DNA of 64,000 bases from Candidatus Poribacteria bacterium (GTDB lineage Bacteria; Poribacteria; WGA-4E; WGA-3G), in contig OZ242029.1 in assembly GCA_965205015.1 (NCBI GenBank), positions 4,640,001 to 4,704,000 of the forward strand, given 5' to 3'. Below, in pieces: positions 20,922 through 30,884 of the stretch; positions within the stretch are counted from its first letter, which is position 1, and each line of letters opens with the position of its first letter. Below the pieces are notes generated by a model. That model searched no databases, had not been told where the DNA came from, and saw only the letters and a program-made list of their open reading frames with translations. The translations under genes were made by a program, and so were the position numbers.

Positions 20922-22088
20922 TTAGGTTCCTAACCGTTTGGCAACCTCTTCAAGTGTAAACATCTTACCTCCAGACTTGATATACTCGTCCTCGCGTTTG
21001 AGTTCTTCAATGAATTCTGGACGCAATTCCAATCCATCGTCTGGATCGTAATCGTAATTTTCAAGGAACAGTTCCAATTCCAAATAGCACACGAAAAACT
21101 CACAGAACCCACCACGCAGACGCTCCTTTATCTCTATAGTCTGTTTCATTTTCATCAACTGAAGGAGACGTCCTTGCGAGACAAAAAGTCGCCAATTTCC
21201 TAGTGTATGCATCAACGTTCGGAATTCATCAGATGGTAATTCCGTTACCTTTATCTCTGGGGCAGGATCGCCGTGTACGGATAGCCCCATCCGACGAGCC
21301 TCACGTCCGAGAGGCGAGCTTTTCCTTTGTGCTTCAACTGCCGAAACCCGATATTTCAAATGGTCCAAAGTATCGGTCGCCTCTATAATCTCCAGAATGG
21401 GGTTTTCATACTCTTCGAGATCCAAGGCAAGTACATAGTACCCATTGAAGAACTCACGGAACTCTTCTTCAAGTTCGGCGTGAGGAGCATCCTTTGCAAG
21501 CAGCGCGATGAGTCGTTCACGCGATTTAAATATTCCACCATTAATAACAGAAATAAGCCAATCGTTGAATTGCTCTGAATGGATGAAAGTCTCCTCCGTT
21601 TCTGATTCTGAGGGGGTATTTGTTGACTCTAATCTCCCATAATACCTTTGACGCTCTTTTTCAAAAGAACTATCGTTGTATTCTGATAAGGAAAAAATAC
21701 CTTCACTATATCTTCGGTGAACCTTCAACATTTCAAGGCTTTCACCTCCAACAATCAAGGTGTCAGCTTCGCTAACCGTTCTCAAGTGATATGCCAAGTC
21801 TAAAAGGTTCTCTGATGGTATATTATCTGACAAGATATAGCACTCAACAACCTGCTCTCTTTTATTTTTAAACAACTCTTCAAACCGAATTTGCAATTGC
21901 TGCCGGTACTTGGTTGGGAGAGACTCAATTTGTTCAAAGATAGCATTCTGCAATTTGTTTTCTGAATCAACAATTAATAAACCATTTCCTTGAATATCAT
22001 CTAAGAATTCTGCTGTATGCCTCACATAAGCCGGATTAAAATAAGCTGCATTGAATATGGAAGAATCAAGAACTGCACTGATTCGCAT
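20922..22088 (-). CDS. hypothetical protein: unknown N-terminal domain plus antitoxin-like C-terminus
   Basis: abuts relE; acidic tail DPDDGLELRPEFIEEL...TLEEVAKRLG resembles RelE-partner antitoxins. Confidence 0.55.
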   Translation of the reverse strand: MRISAVLDSSIFNAAYFNPAYVRHTAEFLDDIQGNGLLIVDSENKLQNAIFEQIESLPTKYRQQLQIRFEELFKNKREQVVECYILSDNIPSENLLDLAYHLRTVSEADTLIVGGESLEMLKVHRRYSEGIFSLSEYNDSSFEKERQRYYGRLESTNTPSESETEETFIHSEQFNDWLISVINGGIFKSRERLIALLAKDAPHAELEEEFREFFNGYYVLALDLEEYENPILEIIEATDTLDHLKYRVSAVEAQRKSSPLGREARRMGLSVHGDPAPEIKVTELPSDEFRTLMHTLGNWRLFVSQGRLLQLMKMKQTIEIKERLRGGFCEFFVCYLELELFLENYDYDPDDGLELRPEFIEELKREDEYIKSGGKMFTLEEVAKRLGT

Positions 22089-22105
22089 TTACACAACTCC
22101 TTTTA

Positions 22106-23707
22106 CTATCTAAGTTCACGAAGACGTTCTGGAAAAAAACCGTTGGGCCAGCCATCAATAAAATCGCCATCTTCATCAAGACGTAAACGTTCTACTTTTG
22201 CCCCTTCAGGTCTACGACTGACATAGATAACCGATACGTCCTCTGGCTTGATTTCCCTTTTACGGACTAAACGCTGCAGACGCAAAATCAGATGCTCGCT
22301 GTGGGTTTCAATAATGAATCGCTTCCGACTTGATTCCCTGATGACTTCCGCTAAGAGATCACCGAGATCCGCTTGTAATTTCGGATGCACGTGAACTTCA
22401 GGCTGTTCAATAGAGATAATCTGTCCCCCAGGAACCAAACTCTGAACGATAAAAGGGAGGAGTTGACTAATCCCAAAACCGACATCCGGTAGTGCTACAC
22501 TTACGTTTTTTTTTCGACGCGTATCTATGAGTCTCACTACAAAAAGATCCCCTGAAGCAGTTCCAACCGTTTCCACCTCGAGTTTGTAGTCCATATTGAG
22601 TCGGTTTAACCATTGGTTCGCGTCCTGCACTAAGTCAGGACGACGGAAGAGCAGATCTGGAAGCAAATCTCCTCGATATCCGACATTCTGAGGAGTAGTC
22701 CCCCTAAAAGTATACAACCTTTCTGGAGGGGTCCGAAAAGGGCTTATTGGAAAAAGAGTTTCCAATGTTTGTTCCAATGCCTGGCCCGCTACTATAGTAA
22801 GTTGAGCGACATCGAATAGCATCCTATCATATTGTCGACGTAATTGGAAGTACAAGTCTGTTATCGGATTTCTTTTGCGCGACATAATTCCAACTGGAAA
22901 GAAACCTTGTATCCCTAAAACCGTACCCATTTCTTCACCGTGCCGCCTGGAAATGTAGGTTTCCAGATCAAATCCCGGTGAGAAGAATTTAATACCGTCT
23001 TCTAAGGAATTAATCTCTTCCGGAAGACTATCATTATCTTCCCGAAGTTCTTCACTAGAATGTTTCAGAGCATTTAATCTGTCCTTGAGTTGGTTAAGGA
23101 TCTCCTCCTTATTCTTCAAACACCACTTAAACTCTTGTTTCCAATGCTCTGATTCTTTTGTTAACCAGACGCACTTTACGGCTCCTAATTTTGAAATTGA
23201 AACTGGAACCCCACGCGAATCACGGAAAAAGCGTGGCCGCTTTTGAAATTCCCTTGATATTTCAGTTCGATCCAATGGCTTAAATTGAGCGATATGTTTA
23301 GCAGATTTCCCATCGTAAATCCCAATTCCATCTAAAAGGACTTCTTGGTCAGGGGGGGGGCGTTTGAAACTAAATTCAATCGCTATTTTGTCTCCGCTCA
23401 ATGATAGTAGAGACGGATATCTCCTATCTATCGAAGTTTCAACACGAATCGAAAGTGTCCGTTCCAAATCATGGTCGAAAAGCATCTCTGGGAAACTGCC
23501 GAGATCTACAATGTGATTTGGTGTTCGGGCGAGCAGTAAATCCTCAGTATCCCGTCTTTCCAGCGTCTGCTTAAGCAAATAGAGAGCTTGCAGAATTGAA
23601 CTCTTTCCCGCGCTGTTTTCACCAAAAATAAGTGTTATCGGGGCAAATGGAATATGTGCTCGTTCTCCGAACGCTTTGAAATTTTCTAATTCCAGTGAAT
23701 GAAGCAT
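22106..23707 (-). CDS. AAA/ABC-type ATPase with DUF3696-like C-terminus (defence-associated)
   Basis: LENFKAF, GENSAGKS, VGFGISQLLP, IEQPEVHVHP, ETHSEH, WPNGFF. Confidence 0.85.
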   Translation of the reverse strand: MLHSLELENFKAFGERAHIPFAPITLIFGENSAGKSSILQALYLLKQTLERRDTEDLLLARTPNHIVDLGSFPEMLFDHDLERTLSIRVETSIDRRYPSLLSLSGDKIAIEFSFKRPPPDQEVLLDGIGIYDGKSAKHIAQFKPLDRTEISREFQKRPRFFRDSRGVPVSISKLGAVKCVWLTKESEHWKQEFKWCLKNKEEILNQLKDRLNALKHSSEELREDNDSLPEEINSLEDGIKFFSPGFDLETYISRRHGEEMGTVLGIQGFFPVGIMSRKRNPITDLYFQLRRQYDRMLFDVAQLTIVAGQALEQTLETLFPISPFRTPPERLYTFRGTTPQNVGYRGDLLPDLLFRRPDLVQDANQWLNRLNMDYKLEVETVGTASGDLFVVRLIDTRRKKNVSVALPDVGFGISQLLPFIVQSLVPGGQIISIEQPEVHVHPKLQADLGDLLAEVIRESSRKRFIIETHSEHLILRLQRLVRKREIKPEDVSVIYVSRRPEGAKVERLRLDEDGDFIDGWPNGFFPERLRELR

Positions 23708-23737
23708 CAGACTTCTCCTAATTGACTTTCATTCCTC

Positions 23738-23974
23738 CAAGACCTACGCAAATTGCTCAAATATTGGACATTGAGGAGCGAAAAACAGTAATTTCTGTCT
23801 TTTATAGTAAAACCAACAATTAATCAGACACTTTTCCTTTAACAGAAGACTGTTCGTAGGGGCGAGGTCCCCTCGTCCGTCTGTCAAAGTGTGTCTCATT
23901 ATTTTTAGAGGCCACTATAAACCCCCTAAACCCGCTTTATCAGGGGGACTTTAAGATAGAATGCGTAAGTCCTA
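23738..23974. repeat. nested MITE: outer GACCTACGCA...TGCGTAAGTCCTA, inner TTATAGT...ACTATAA (23802-23920), REP hairpin (23856-23878)
   Basis: three levels of inverted repeats visible directly. Confidence 0.6.
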
Positions 23975-24051
23975 TCCTCAGTTTTCTTGGTACTTTAGTA
24001 GTCGTTTGTTTAAGGCACCACCAAACCAGTCTGAGGGATATATTCAAAAGT

Positions 24052-24080
24052 AGTATACGAGATTTAAATGGATTTGTCAA
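24052..24080 (-). promoter_or_regulatory. sigma70 promoter for the ATPase-antitoxin-relE-res unit
   Basis: TTGACA-17nt-TATACT on the minus strand. Confidence 0.65.
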
Positions 24081-24231
24081 TACCATTAACCATTTCCGAC
24101 AGGGTTATTCAATTTTCCGAAATTTTAGATTTTCGGTTCCCGAGGATCTCTGTAGGAGCGAGTTGTGTTCGCGAGGTCTTGGCGAAAACGCCGAAAAAAC
24201 CTACAATTGAATGACCTTGCCATTTCTGATC

Positions 24232-25854
24232 CTATACGAGATTGTAGGGCATTTGGCGGAAGGTGATACCGTGGTGCTTTAAGGTGGCTTCGGTGAGCTG
24301 GGTCCCGCCGCAATGAATAATCTTCATCCCATCATGCCGTGGTAAACGGCTTATGAGTTCCTCAGTGAGGATATCGTCGCTGTTGAGCAGATAAACACCG
24401 ATACCGTCCGCGCTGCCTAAAAAGGCGCGTTGGCGTTTTTCATTGGTAGTGCAAGAACTATACGCTGGCCGATCTCCTTCTACAAGGGATAGCGCGATGT
24501 CCACCGCCATCGGGGTTCCCGTTTCCTTGAAAAAGAGTAACTGTGCCATCTCACTAAACGGAATTTCCTGTTTTTCTGAGAAGGTTTCGCCGACGTGATA
24601 ATAGGAGAAGGTGCCTCCGGTCCCAAATACATTCTGTAGTCTACCCTTCTGCTCATAGGTGTAGCCTTCACTGACACGTTCAAGACGGACAGCCGTAATT
24701 TCACGGGCTATTTTCGGCTCTACCTCAACCAAAATGAAACGCCGACTACCGCCATCCTCACGGTTTTGTTCCATAACCGCGTGTGCCGTTGTACCACTGC
24801 CAGCGAAAGAGTCAAGGATAATGGCATCTTTACTGCGTAGCAATTCCAGCAAAAACTTAATAAATTTTATGGGCTTAGGTTGGGGAAAAACACCCCCTTC
24901 ACCGAATATATCACGAAGTTCACTTGTTCCTTCTTTATTGAACCCTACGATTTCTGGTGAGAGGAATACATCTGGTGGTTGTCCTTCTTGTACCTCAGAG
25001 AGATAGCGTTTTGTCCGCGGTTCGTTCCCAGAAAAATCAATGCGACCTTCGCGTTCCATGCTACGTAGTGTATCTTGCGAATAACTTGGATAACGTCCCG
25101 AAGGGGGAGACCATACAACTCCATTTTCAAAGGTGAACGTGTATGGTGTGTAATAGTTTCGGGCACTGAGTGGATCAAGTTTATACTTACCTCTACCATC
25201 ATTGTCGTCATGAGGATATTTCGTTGATTTATCAGTAATGTAACGAATATACCGACTTTTGTCTTCACCAAACCAAGATTTCTCTTTGGCATAAACCAAG
25301 GTGTAGTCAGCATTGTGATTAAAATCTTTACTGGAGTTACGCACGGTGTGCATTGCTCTTCTTGTGAGAATTGCAAAAAAGTTCTTTTCTCCGAAAATCT
25401 CATCCATTAGCATTCGTAAATGATGCACTTCATTATCATCAATTGAGATAAAGATCACCCCGTCCTCTCGAAGGAGTTGATGAAGGAGGCAGAGGCGGGG
25501 GTACATCATACAGAGCCATTTATCATGTCGAGAGAGATCTTCAGAGAGTTTGCCAACAGTTTTTCCGAGCCATTTCCGGATGGTTGGGTTGTTGACATTA
25601 TCGTTGTAAATCCAATTTTCGTTGCCTGTATTATAAGGCGGATCAATGTAGATGCATTTGACTCTACCAGCATAATAAGGTAGGAGTGCTTTGAGAGCGA
25701 AGAGGTTATCGCCTTCAATAAGCAGATTACCGGTGCCGAGCGGCTCGTTCTCGGCACCTAAGGAGTGATCAGGGTTGTGCGTGAGCGTGTGTATCGGCAC
25801 CTCATCGTGGTGGTTGATGACGGCTTCTTTTCCGATCCAGTTTAGTGTTGGCAT
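24232..25854 (-). CDS. mod: type III R-M adenine DNA methyltransferase Mod
   Basis: LIEGDNL, IYIDPPYNTG, HDKWLCMMYPRL, ISIDDNE, PKP, DSFAGSGTT. Confidence 0.92.
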   Translation of the reverse strand: MPTLNWIGKEAVINHHDEVPIHTLTHNPDHSLGAENEPLGTGNLLIEGDNLFALKALLPYYAGRVKCIYIDPPYNTGNENWIYNDNVNNPTIRKWLGKTVGKLSEDLSRHDKWLCMMYPRLCLLHQLLREDGVIFISIDDNEVHHLRMLMDEIFGEKNFFAILTRRAMHTVRNSSKDFNHNADYTLVYAKEKSWFGEDKSRYIRYITDKSTKYPHDDNDGRGKYKLDPLSARNYYTPYTFTFENGVVWSPPSGRYPSYSQDTLRSMEREGRIDFSGNEPRTKRYLSEVQEGQPPDVFLSPEIVGFNKEGTSELRDIFGEGGVFPQPKPIKFIKFLLELLRSKDAIILDSFAGSGTTAHAVMEQNREDGGSRRFILVEVEPKIAREITAVRLERVSEGYTYEQKGRLQNVFGTGGTFSYYHVGETFSEKQEIPFSEMAQLLFFKETGTPMAVDIALSLVEGDRPAYSSCTTNEKRQRAFLGSADGIGVYLLNSDDILTEELISRLPRHDGMKIIHCGGTQLTEATLKHHGITFRQMPYNLV

Positions 25855-25905
25855 GTATGCCCTATCTCCAAGATTCCTTTTTGGATTATGTCATGACAAA
25901 ACGAG

Positions 25906-26054
25906 TTAGTGCTTCCACTTTGAGAGTTGATCTTTGCTGAGGTTATGTCGGCGACACACTTCCGTTTGTGAACTTTCACCACTGAGCGTCTCAAGAACAA
26001 CTGACGCTTTAAACTCGGTGGTGAATCTTCTGCGTTTGGCCAGCTGGCAGTACA
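25906..26054 (-). pseudogene. IS3-family OrfA (HTH) transposase remnant
   Basis: KRRRFTTEFKASVVLE...EVCRRHNLS..QLSKWK, preceded by an IR-like TGTACTGCC. Confidence 0.7.
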
Positions 26055-26090
26055 CAAAATGTAATGTTTCATAGCCTGAAATTGGGATTG

Positions 26091-27533
26091 CTAAGTTTTT
26101 ATGAGGACTGTTGGAACATAAGCATTTGGTGAAGTCCACTCATAACATTGAATTTTCCCTATGGTATTCAGGCGATGTCCTAGGAAAAGGGCAAACTGTG
26201 CAGGTCCTGCGAAGAAAAGATGGATTTTTTTTGCTTGTGATTTGCTAACAAATTCTTGAATCATTGATTTTGCTTTTTGCACCGCTCGATTTGTTTGAGC
26301 ATCGGATTGGAGAACCATATCACTATACAAGTAAAGTTGTCTGCCATGGAAATGCTCCATTTGCAAGTACTGTTTTACTTCTTCATTGGCAGTGTTTTTC
26401 AAGATAGAAATTCCCACTGCTATTTCATCTGTTAATTCTCCTTCCGTAGACTGCTGCCAATGATAATCTGGTGTATCTTCGTTTGCATGGCTGTTAGTCC
26501 ACCAAACTTCATCTCTAACTTCCATACCAATCGCAAAACCAGAGACTGCGGAAAAGATTGAGCCAATGGCAATAGACGCGGATAATCTACGATGTCCACT
26601 CAAGTAAATACGTCGCTCTCGATTTGTTGAAACTATCCAGTCCTTCGTCCGGCAGAGTTCGCCAATGACCTTCTCGCTCCATTCTTCTGGTGGAGGAAAG
26701 TGACGTTCAGAACCACCAAAAAAACGCGTCCAGTTAAACTGGAGACAACCGTCGGGTACTTTATTGAGACTTTCATCGTACAAGGTGTGGATTCTGATAG
26801 TAGATTCAGGTCTATCTTCTTCTGGCACTTCCTGCCAAATTGCTTTTTCCAGCTCAGGTCTATAGATAGGCTGGTTCTTTCGGGATGAAATCAATTCCAC
26901 TAAGCATGAGTACGCGTCACTACTTATTTTCACAGGAAAATTCTCAAAATTTGGAAAATGATTTAACAGAACTTCCCTGAAAAGTTCTCGAGGAAAATCT
27001 TCGGCATCGGTCAAATCAATTTTAAAGTGTACTTTTGAAAACAGAAAGTCAGCCATCTCTTTTGATTTACCATGTCTTTTCACTCTATCGACAAAATCAT
27101 TATATGATGTGTCTTGTATCTGTTTTGACCCATTATAAAAAGGAAAGGCATCTCGAATTCGGTCCAAAGCGTTTGTAATCGGTTTTAACCCGCCGGAAAT
27201 TGATGTACAAGCCAACACAAACCGTTGATAGGAATCTGGAGCGTGCTTGTCCTTTTCCCAAAAATTTTCTACTTCTTCCCAAAATTCTGTGGGCTGTAGA
27301 AGATGGTTCTTATACTCAACGAACTCGCAAGTCAAGCCGACATTAGGAATGAAAAACTTTGCTTCAACATCACCGAGAGATTCACGAATCATCTCGGTGA
27401 ATCCATCTTCCGCGAGCCAACTTGGTATTTGAGCGGTAATTAAGTTGGCTTGGTACCTGAAACCACCTTCTGCGATATCACCACCAGTGGCTTGAGATGC
27501 TAACAAAGACCCGCTACTGTGTTTCTGGCTCAA
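26091..27533 (-). CDS. cap4: CBASS effector: Cap4-like PD-(D/E)xK endonuclease plus C-terminal SAVED domain
   Basis: GGDIAEGGFRYQ, GDVE...FVEYK; SAVED tail IHLFFAGPAQFALFLGHRLN...QCYE..Y; TTG start with GGAG RBS overlaps cap3 TGA (ORF is open to 27560). Confidence 0.85.
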   Translation of the reverse strand: MSQKHSSGSLLASQATGGDIAEGGFRYQANLITAQIPSWLAEDGFTEMIRESLGDVEAKFFIPNVGLTCEFVEYKNHLLQPTEFWEEVENFWEKDKHAPDSYQRFVLACTSISGGLKPITNALDRIRDAFPFYNGSKQIQDTSYNDFVDRVKRHGKSKEMADFLFSKVHFKIDLTDAEDFPRELFREVLLNHFPNFENFPVKISSDAYSCLVELISSRKNQPIYRPELEKAIWQEVPEEDRPESTIRIHTLYDESLNKVPDGCLQFNWTRFFGGSERHFPPPEEWSEKVIGELCRTKDWIVSTNRERRIYLSGHRRLSASIAIGSIFSAVSGFAIGMEVRDEVWWTNSHANEDTPDYHWQQSTEGELTDEIAVGISILKNTANEEVKQYLQMEHFHGRQLYLYSDMVLQSDAQTNRAVQKAKSMIQEFVSKSQAKKIHLFFAGPAQFALFLGHRLNTIGKIQCYEWTSPNAYVPTVLIKT

Positions 27534-28000
27534 ATTATTTTCTCCGTAATTAGTTGGCATTTGAAAAATTTACCATCTTTGAGAAAAATTGTTACTGTTC
27601 CTTCAATTTTCTGTTCACCTTTAAGTTGCACAATAAGCAAGATAACAAAATTCGCACCAGTATCAGGATCAGTTACAATTTCCTGCATTGACTGAATATC
27701 CTTCTGACTCGGCACTAGCGGAAATGAAGGATGTGAATGCCACTCTCCAAGATAGTTAAATTTTCCATAGTTATATCCCGTCCGTTTAAAGAATCCCTTC
27801 AATGGTTTAACAATATCTACCACTAAGCGGACAAAAAACGCAACGCTGCCAAACTGTTCCTGAATAGTCAAATCAACAATACAGAATTCCGATTCGGCAA
27901 TATGTTCTCCCATAAGGACACCACCGATTTCCTGATTACCAGCTCTTTCGAGAGCAGGGATAAGTTTCTTTTGGATGTCAGTCGGTAGATGAATTTTCAT
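27530..28000 (-). CDS. cap3: CBASS Cap3 JAB/MPN isopeptidase
   Basis: EIGGVLMG, YLGEWHSHP...PSQKD. Confidence 0.9.
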   Translation of the reverse strand: MKIHLPTDIQKKLIPALERAGNQEIGGVLMGEHIAESEFCIVDLTIQEQFGSVAFFVRLVVDIVKPLKGFFKRTGYNYGKFNYLGEWHSHPSFPLVPSQKDIQSMQEIVTDPDTGANFVILLIVQLKGEQKIEGTVTIFLKDGKFFKCQLITEKII

Positions 28001-29723
28001 TTTTCTGCTTCAGAATCAGTTGTGCTATGAAGTCGCGGTTTTCATTGATTTTATCCTCTGAAAATTCTGATTCAGTGAAGGCAGATTGGACTTCTGGAAG
28101 ATTTATGGGAATGGTGTGGAACGGCTGATCAAAAATCCAGCCTCGACTGAGTCCAATCAAATATAGAGAATAAGGAAAATCTGATGGTTCACGTTCAATT
28201 AAGATATCCAGTGCCATTCGAGTGGCATTTGCCGCGATGAGAGTAACATCCGCATCACTCGCCACAATAGTTTCTCCATCACTGTTAATTGTCGTATAAT
28301 CGACAGTTTCTTGTATTTCTGGTAGTTCTAGTTTTTCAAGATATTTGTGAAAAGCAGCACGGGTTATTTGCGGATCTGGATCCTCGTTAGGACGGAATCG
28401 GGCTATCATTCCGCCAATGCCTCCAGCGTAGATTTTAAGCCAAATTATGGGTTTTACCTGCTGGCTTGCGACAGTTGACAATTGATTAAGAGTACAGGGG
28501 TCAGCCGTCGCATCAATGATGAGATCACAGGCACCAAGTTGAGAAAGCATACTATCAACAGTCGCAGTGGCTTCTTGTCCCGACAGTTTGACAGGGGAAC
28601 ATTTCACACTAATATCTTGAGCAATAAGTTTTAATTGATGGGCAATTCCATCAATTTTGTGTTGCCCTACGTCTGCCCAATTGAGTTCATGGCGACAGAT
28701 ATTTTCTTCAAGAAACACGTCATCATCAACGAGAAGGAAATTGCGTACCCCAGTTCGTGCAAGAGAAACGGCAATTTTACTGCCAGCCGATCCAAGTCCA
28801 ACAATTCCAACCGTTTTTGTACTAAGATTGATAAACTCTGGTAGAAGGCGAGGGGTTTCTTCTGTGCTATTGATATCCACTTGAGCAAACCGACTCCATT
28901 CTTTTTCATTTGAAGTCAAAAACAAGTGGAGTCCCTCACTGACATCAATGATTAGTGCAAGACAAGTTGATGAAGATTTAAGTTGTGAGACGTCATGATT
29001 TTGTGCTTCAAGAACGTCAAAGGGTGATTCCAATGGTTGAGATTTCAAAACCTCGGCTTCCAAAGTAGTTTTGAAGAAGTGGCCTTCAATTTGACTAGTG
29101 GTTTTTTCTAATTCTGGAAGCAGTGCAGGATGACACCATTTTTCGCCATTGAGAGGAGAAAAACTCGCTATGAAGGCAACTACACTTTTTCGAGAGAGCA
29201 TCACGTTAAACTGGACAGTTCCCGATTTTTTCCTTGGGAGCGATTGTGTATAAGATATAAGAGACGCATCAACAATAAATCGCAAATAGTTAGTTCTCAA
29301 TTCCTGCCCAGGTGTCAGCAAGTGTCTGGAAGGTGCTTCTATTAGTCTTGAATTCTCTTCTGTCTGGCTCTCAATCTCTAGAAGTTTATGGGCACTGATA
29401 AGCATATCAGCACCAGTAATTTCCTCATGCCAGGTGTCAGGTCCCCACTCAAGACAAAGTTCACCGGAACGGTACTGATGTGTTGACCAAGACTGATTTG
29501 ATTCGCGCGGACGTACAGTTGGCGGACTGGCAGGATAATTAGTCGGGTAAAGCATGATTACCGAATAGCAGCGTCCAAGTACTTCAATATCGGCAACGAG
29601 ACCTAATGTAGGGTCACTATCCAATTTCCAGTCTGCTGAGAGCAGCCAGTCCACCTCAGAATGCAATGTGGTGATTGCTTCTCGTTCTTTATCCAATCTC
29701 GCCAAATTTTTCAGGAACCACAT
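27978..29723 (-). CDS. cap2: CBASS Cap2 E2-E1 (ThiF) fusion
   Basis: E2 part YPTNYPASPP...HQYRSGELCL; ThiF part VGLGSAGS, LVDDD, NICRH, IIDATA. Confidence 0.88.
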   Translation of the reverse strand: MWFLKNLARLDKEREAITTLHSEVDWLLSADWKLDSDPTLGLVADIEVLGRCYSVIMLYPTNYPASPPTVRPRESNQSWSTHQYRSGELCLEWGPDTWHEEITGADMLISAHKLLEIESQTEENSRLIEAPSRHLLTPGQELRTNYLRFIVDASLISYTQSLPRKKSGTVQFNVMLSRKSVVAFIASFSPLNGEKWCHPALLPELEKTTSQIEGHFFKTTLEAEVLKSQPLESPFDVLEAQNHDVSQLKSSSTCLALIIDVSEGLHLFLTSNEKEWSRFAQVDINSTEETPRLLPEFINLSTKTVGIVGLGSAGSKIAVSLARTGVRNFLLVDDDVFLEENICRHELNWADVGQHKIDGIAHQLKLIAQDISVKCSPVKLSGQEATATVDSMLSQLGACDLIIDATADPCTLNQLSTVASQQVKPIIWLKIYAGGIGGMIARFRPNEDPDPQITRAAFHKYLEKLELPEIQETVDYTTINSDGETIVASDADVTLIAANATRMALDILIEREPSDFPYSLYLIGLSRGWIFDQPFHTIPINLPEVQSAFTESEFSEDKINENRDFIAQLILKQKNENSSTD

Positions 29724-30718
29724 CAGGCAAATCCTTTAGGTTCTTTCGGAACGATTGGTTCGTTTGGAAAAGTAGGCGATGATAGTGTTCCTGGCGCGGC
29801 CAACAGACTTTCCGACTTTGTTCCTGCTGTTTCACGGAACCGATTACCAAAAATTTTTCTCCATAGCTTTGTCGCTTCCTCTGGGTCAGTCTCGTTCAGA
29901 GCTTTTCGACCAAGCTCGGCATGAGACTCTGCTTTATTATAAAAGCCGATGAACGCATTAACAGTTATGCCATCAGTGACGAAATTACCAGGGACTGCAG
30001 GATCTGGAATATTAGGAACGTTCTCTAAGAGGAAATTAATCTTGTATTTTTCAACAATTTCCTCCAAGGTTTTGACAAATAATTCGCCATAATAGGTTTC
30101 CTCATAGTCCATGCACTCAGCGGTAATACACTCAATAACAAACCCTTTGGGCTTTTTAGAAACTGTTGGATTTTCACGTCGCCACCACTTCCCTAACTTA
30201 ACTAATGGTTTGAAGCGTCCGCCGGCTGTTTCATTGGTTTCGATCGTCCAAGTTGTATGCCCTGGTGGATTGGTTGAGAGCCAACACTCCTGTTTTCTAT
30301 CAGGAATGAGGTACATTTCTCCATCTGGTATAATTGGGACAACGTCCATGTCAGCTTTAGAAGATTCAATACCGACAGACCGCGCCTGTTTGCGGATATT
30401 GGAATACTTTTTTTTCAGGGTTTTGTAGAGCAAGTCGACAACTTCTTTTGGATCATCATAGGAAGTATGGTTTGTCACCACGATAATATCGACATCAGGG
30501 CGATTAGTCTGCCCGTTTTTTGTACGAGGACGAATTGCTGTATCTCGTTTATAGGACCCTGACAGAAAAGTATTCACGTGATATTCTTTGAAGTCTTCAT
30601 CATCTTTAAGAAAATCACGTAATTCAGTGTGAGCGGAAGAGGCGTTACTTTTGGTTGTGGGACTCGGTTCAATGTCACTCAAAAATTCAGTAAACCGGGC
30701 TTGTGGGATTGTTGGCAT
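29723..30718 (-). CDS. cGAS/DncV-like nucleotidyltransferase (CD-NTase)
   Basis: [32 protein letters not shown]; tail KGFA; AGGAG RBS. Confidence 0.92.
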   Translation of the reverse strand: MPTIPQARFTEFLSDIEPSPTTKSNASSAHTELRDFLKDDEDFKEYHVNTFLSGSYKRDTAIRPRTKNGQTNRPDVDIIVVTNHTSYDDPKEVVDLLYKTLKKKYSNIRKQARSVGIESSKADMDVVPIIPDGEMYLIPDRKQECWLSTNPPGHTTWTIETNETAGGRFKPLVKLGKWWRRENPTVSKKPKGFVIECITAECMDYEETYYGELFVKTLEEIVEKYKINFLLENVPNIPDPAVPGNFVTDGITVNAFIGFYNKAESHAELGRKALNETDPEEATKLWRKIFGNRFRETAGTKSESLLAAPGTLSSPTFPNEPIVPKEPKGFA

Positions 30719-30884
30719 GGTTTCTTCTCCTTTGTTAGAAGACCTTATGGAATCAAGTATTCTCCGGGCGAGGATGTCCAAACTGAAATTTGTTTCTGGA
30801 GTGTTGTCTTACGCAAATCAATACCTCTAAAGAGGATAAAACACTGAGATAGGGCAAGATTAAATCACTTAATTATCAAGGCAA

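Noticed and set aside
24445-24505. Possible in-frame REP-like insertion in the mod C-terminus
   Set aside because: The GTAG...CTAC bounded segment is only weakly palindromic and cannot be supported without homolog alignment.
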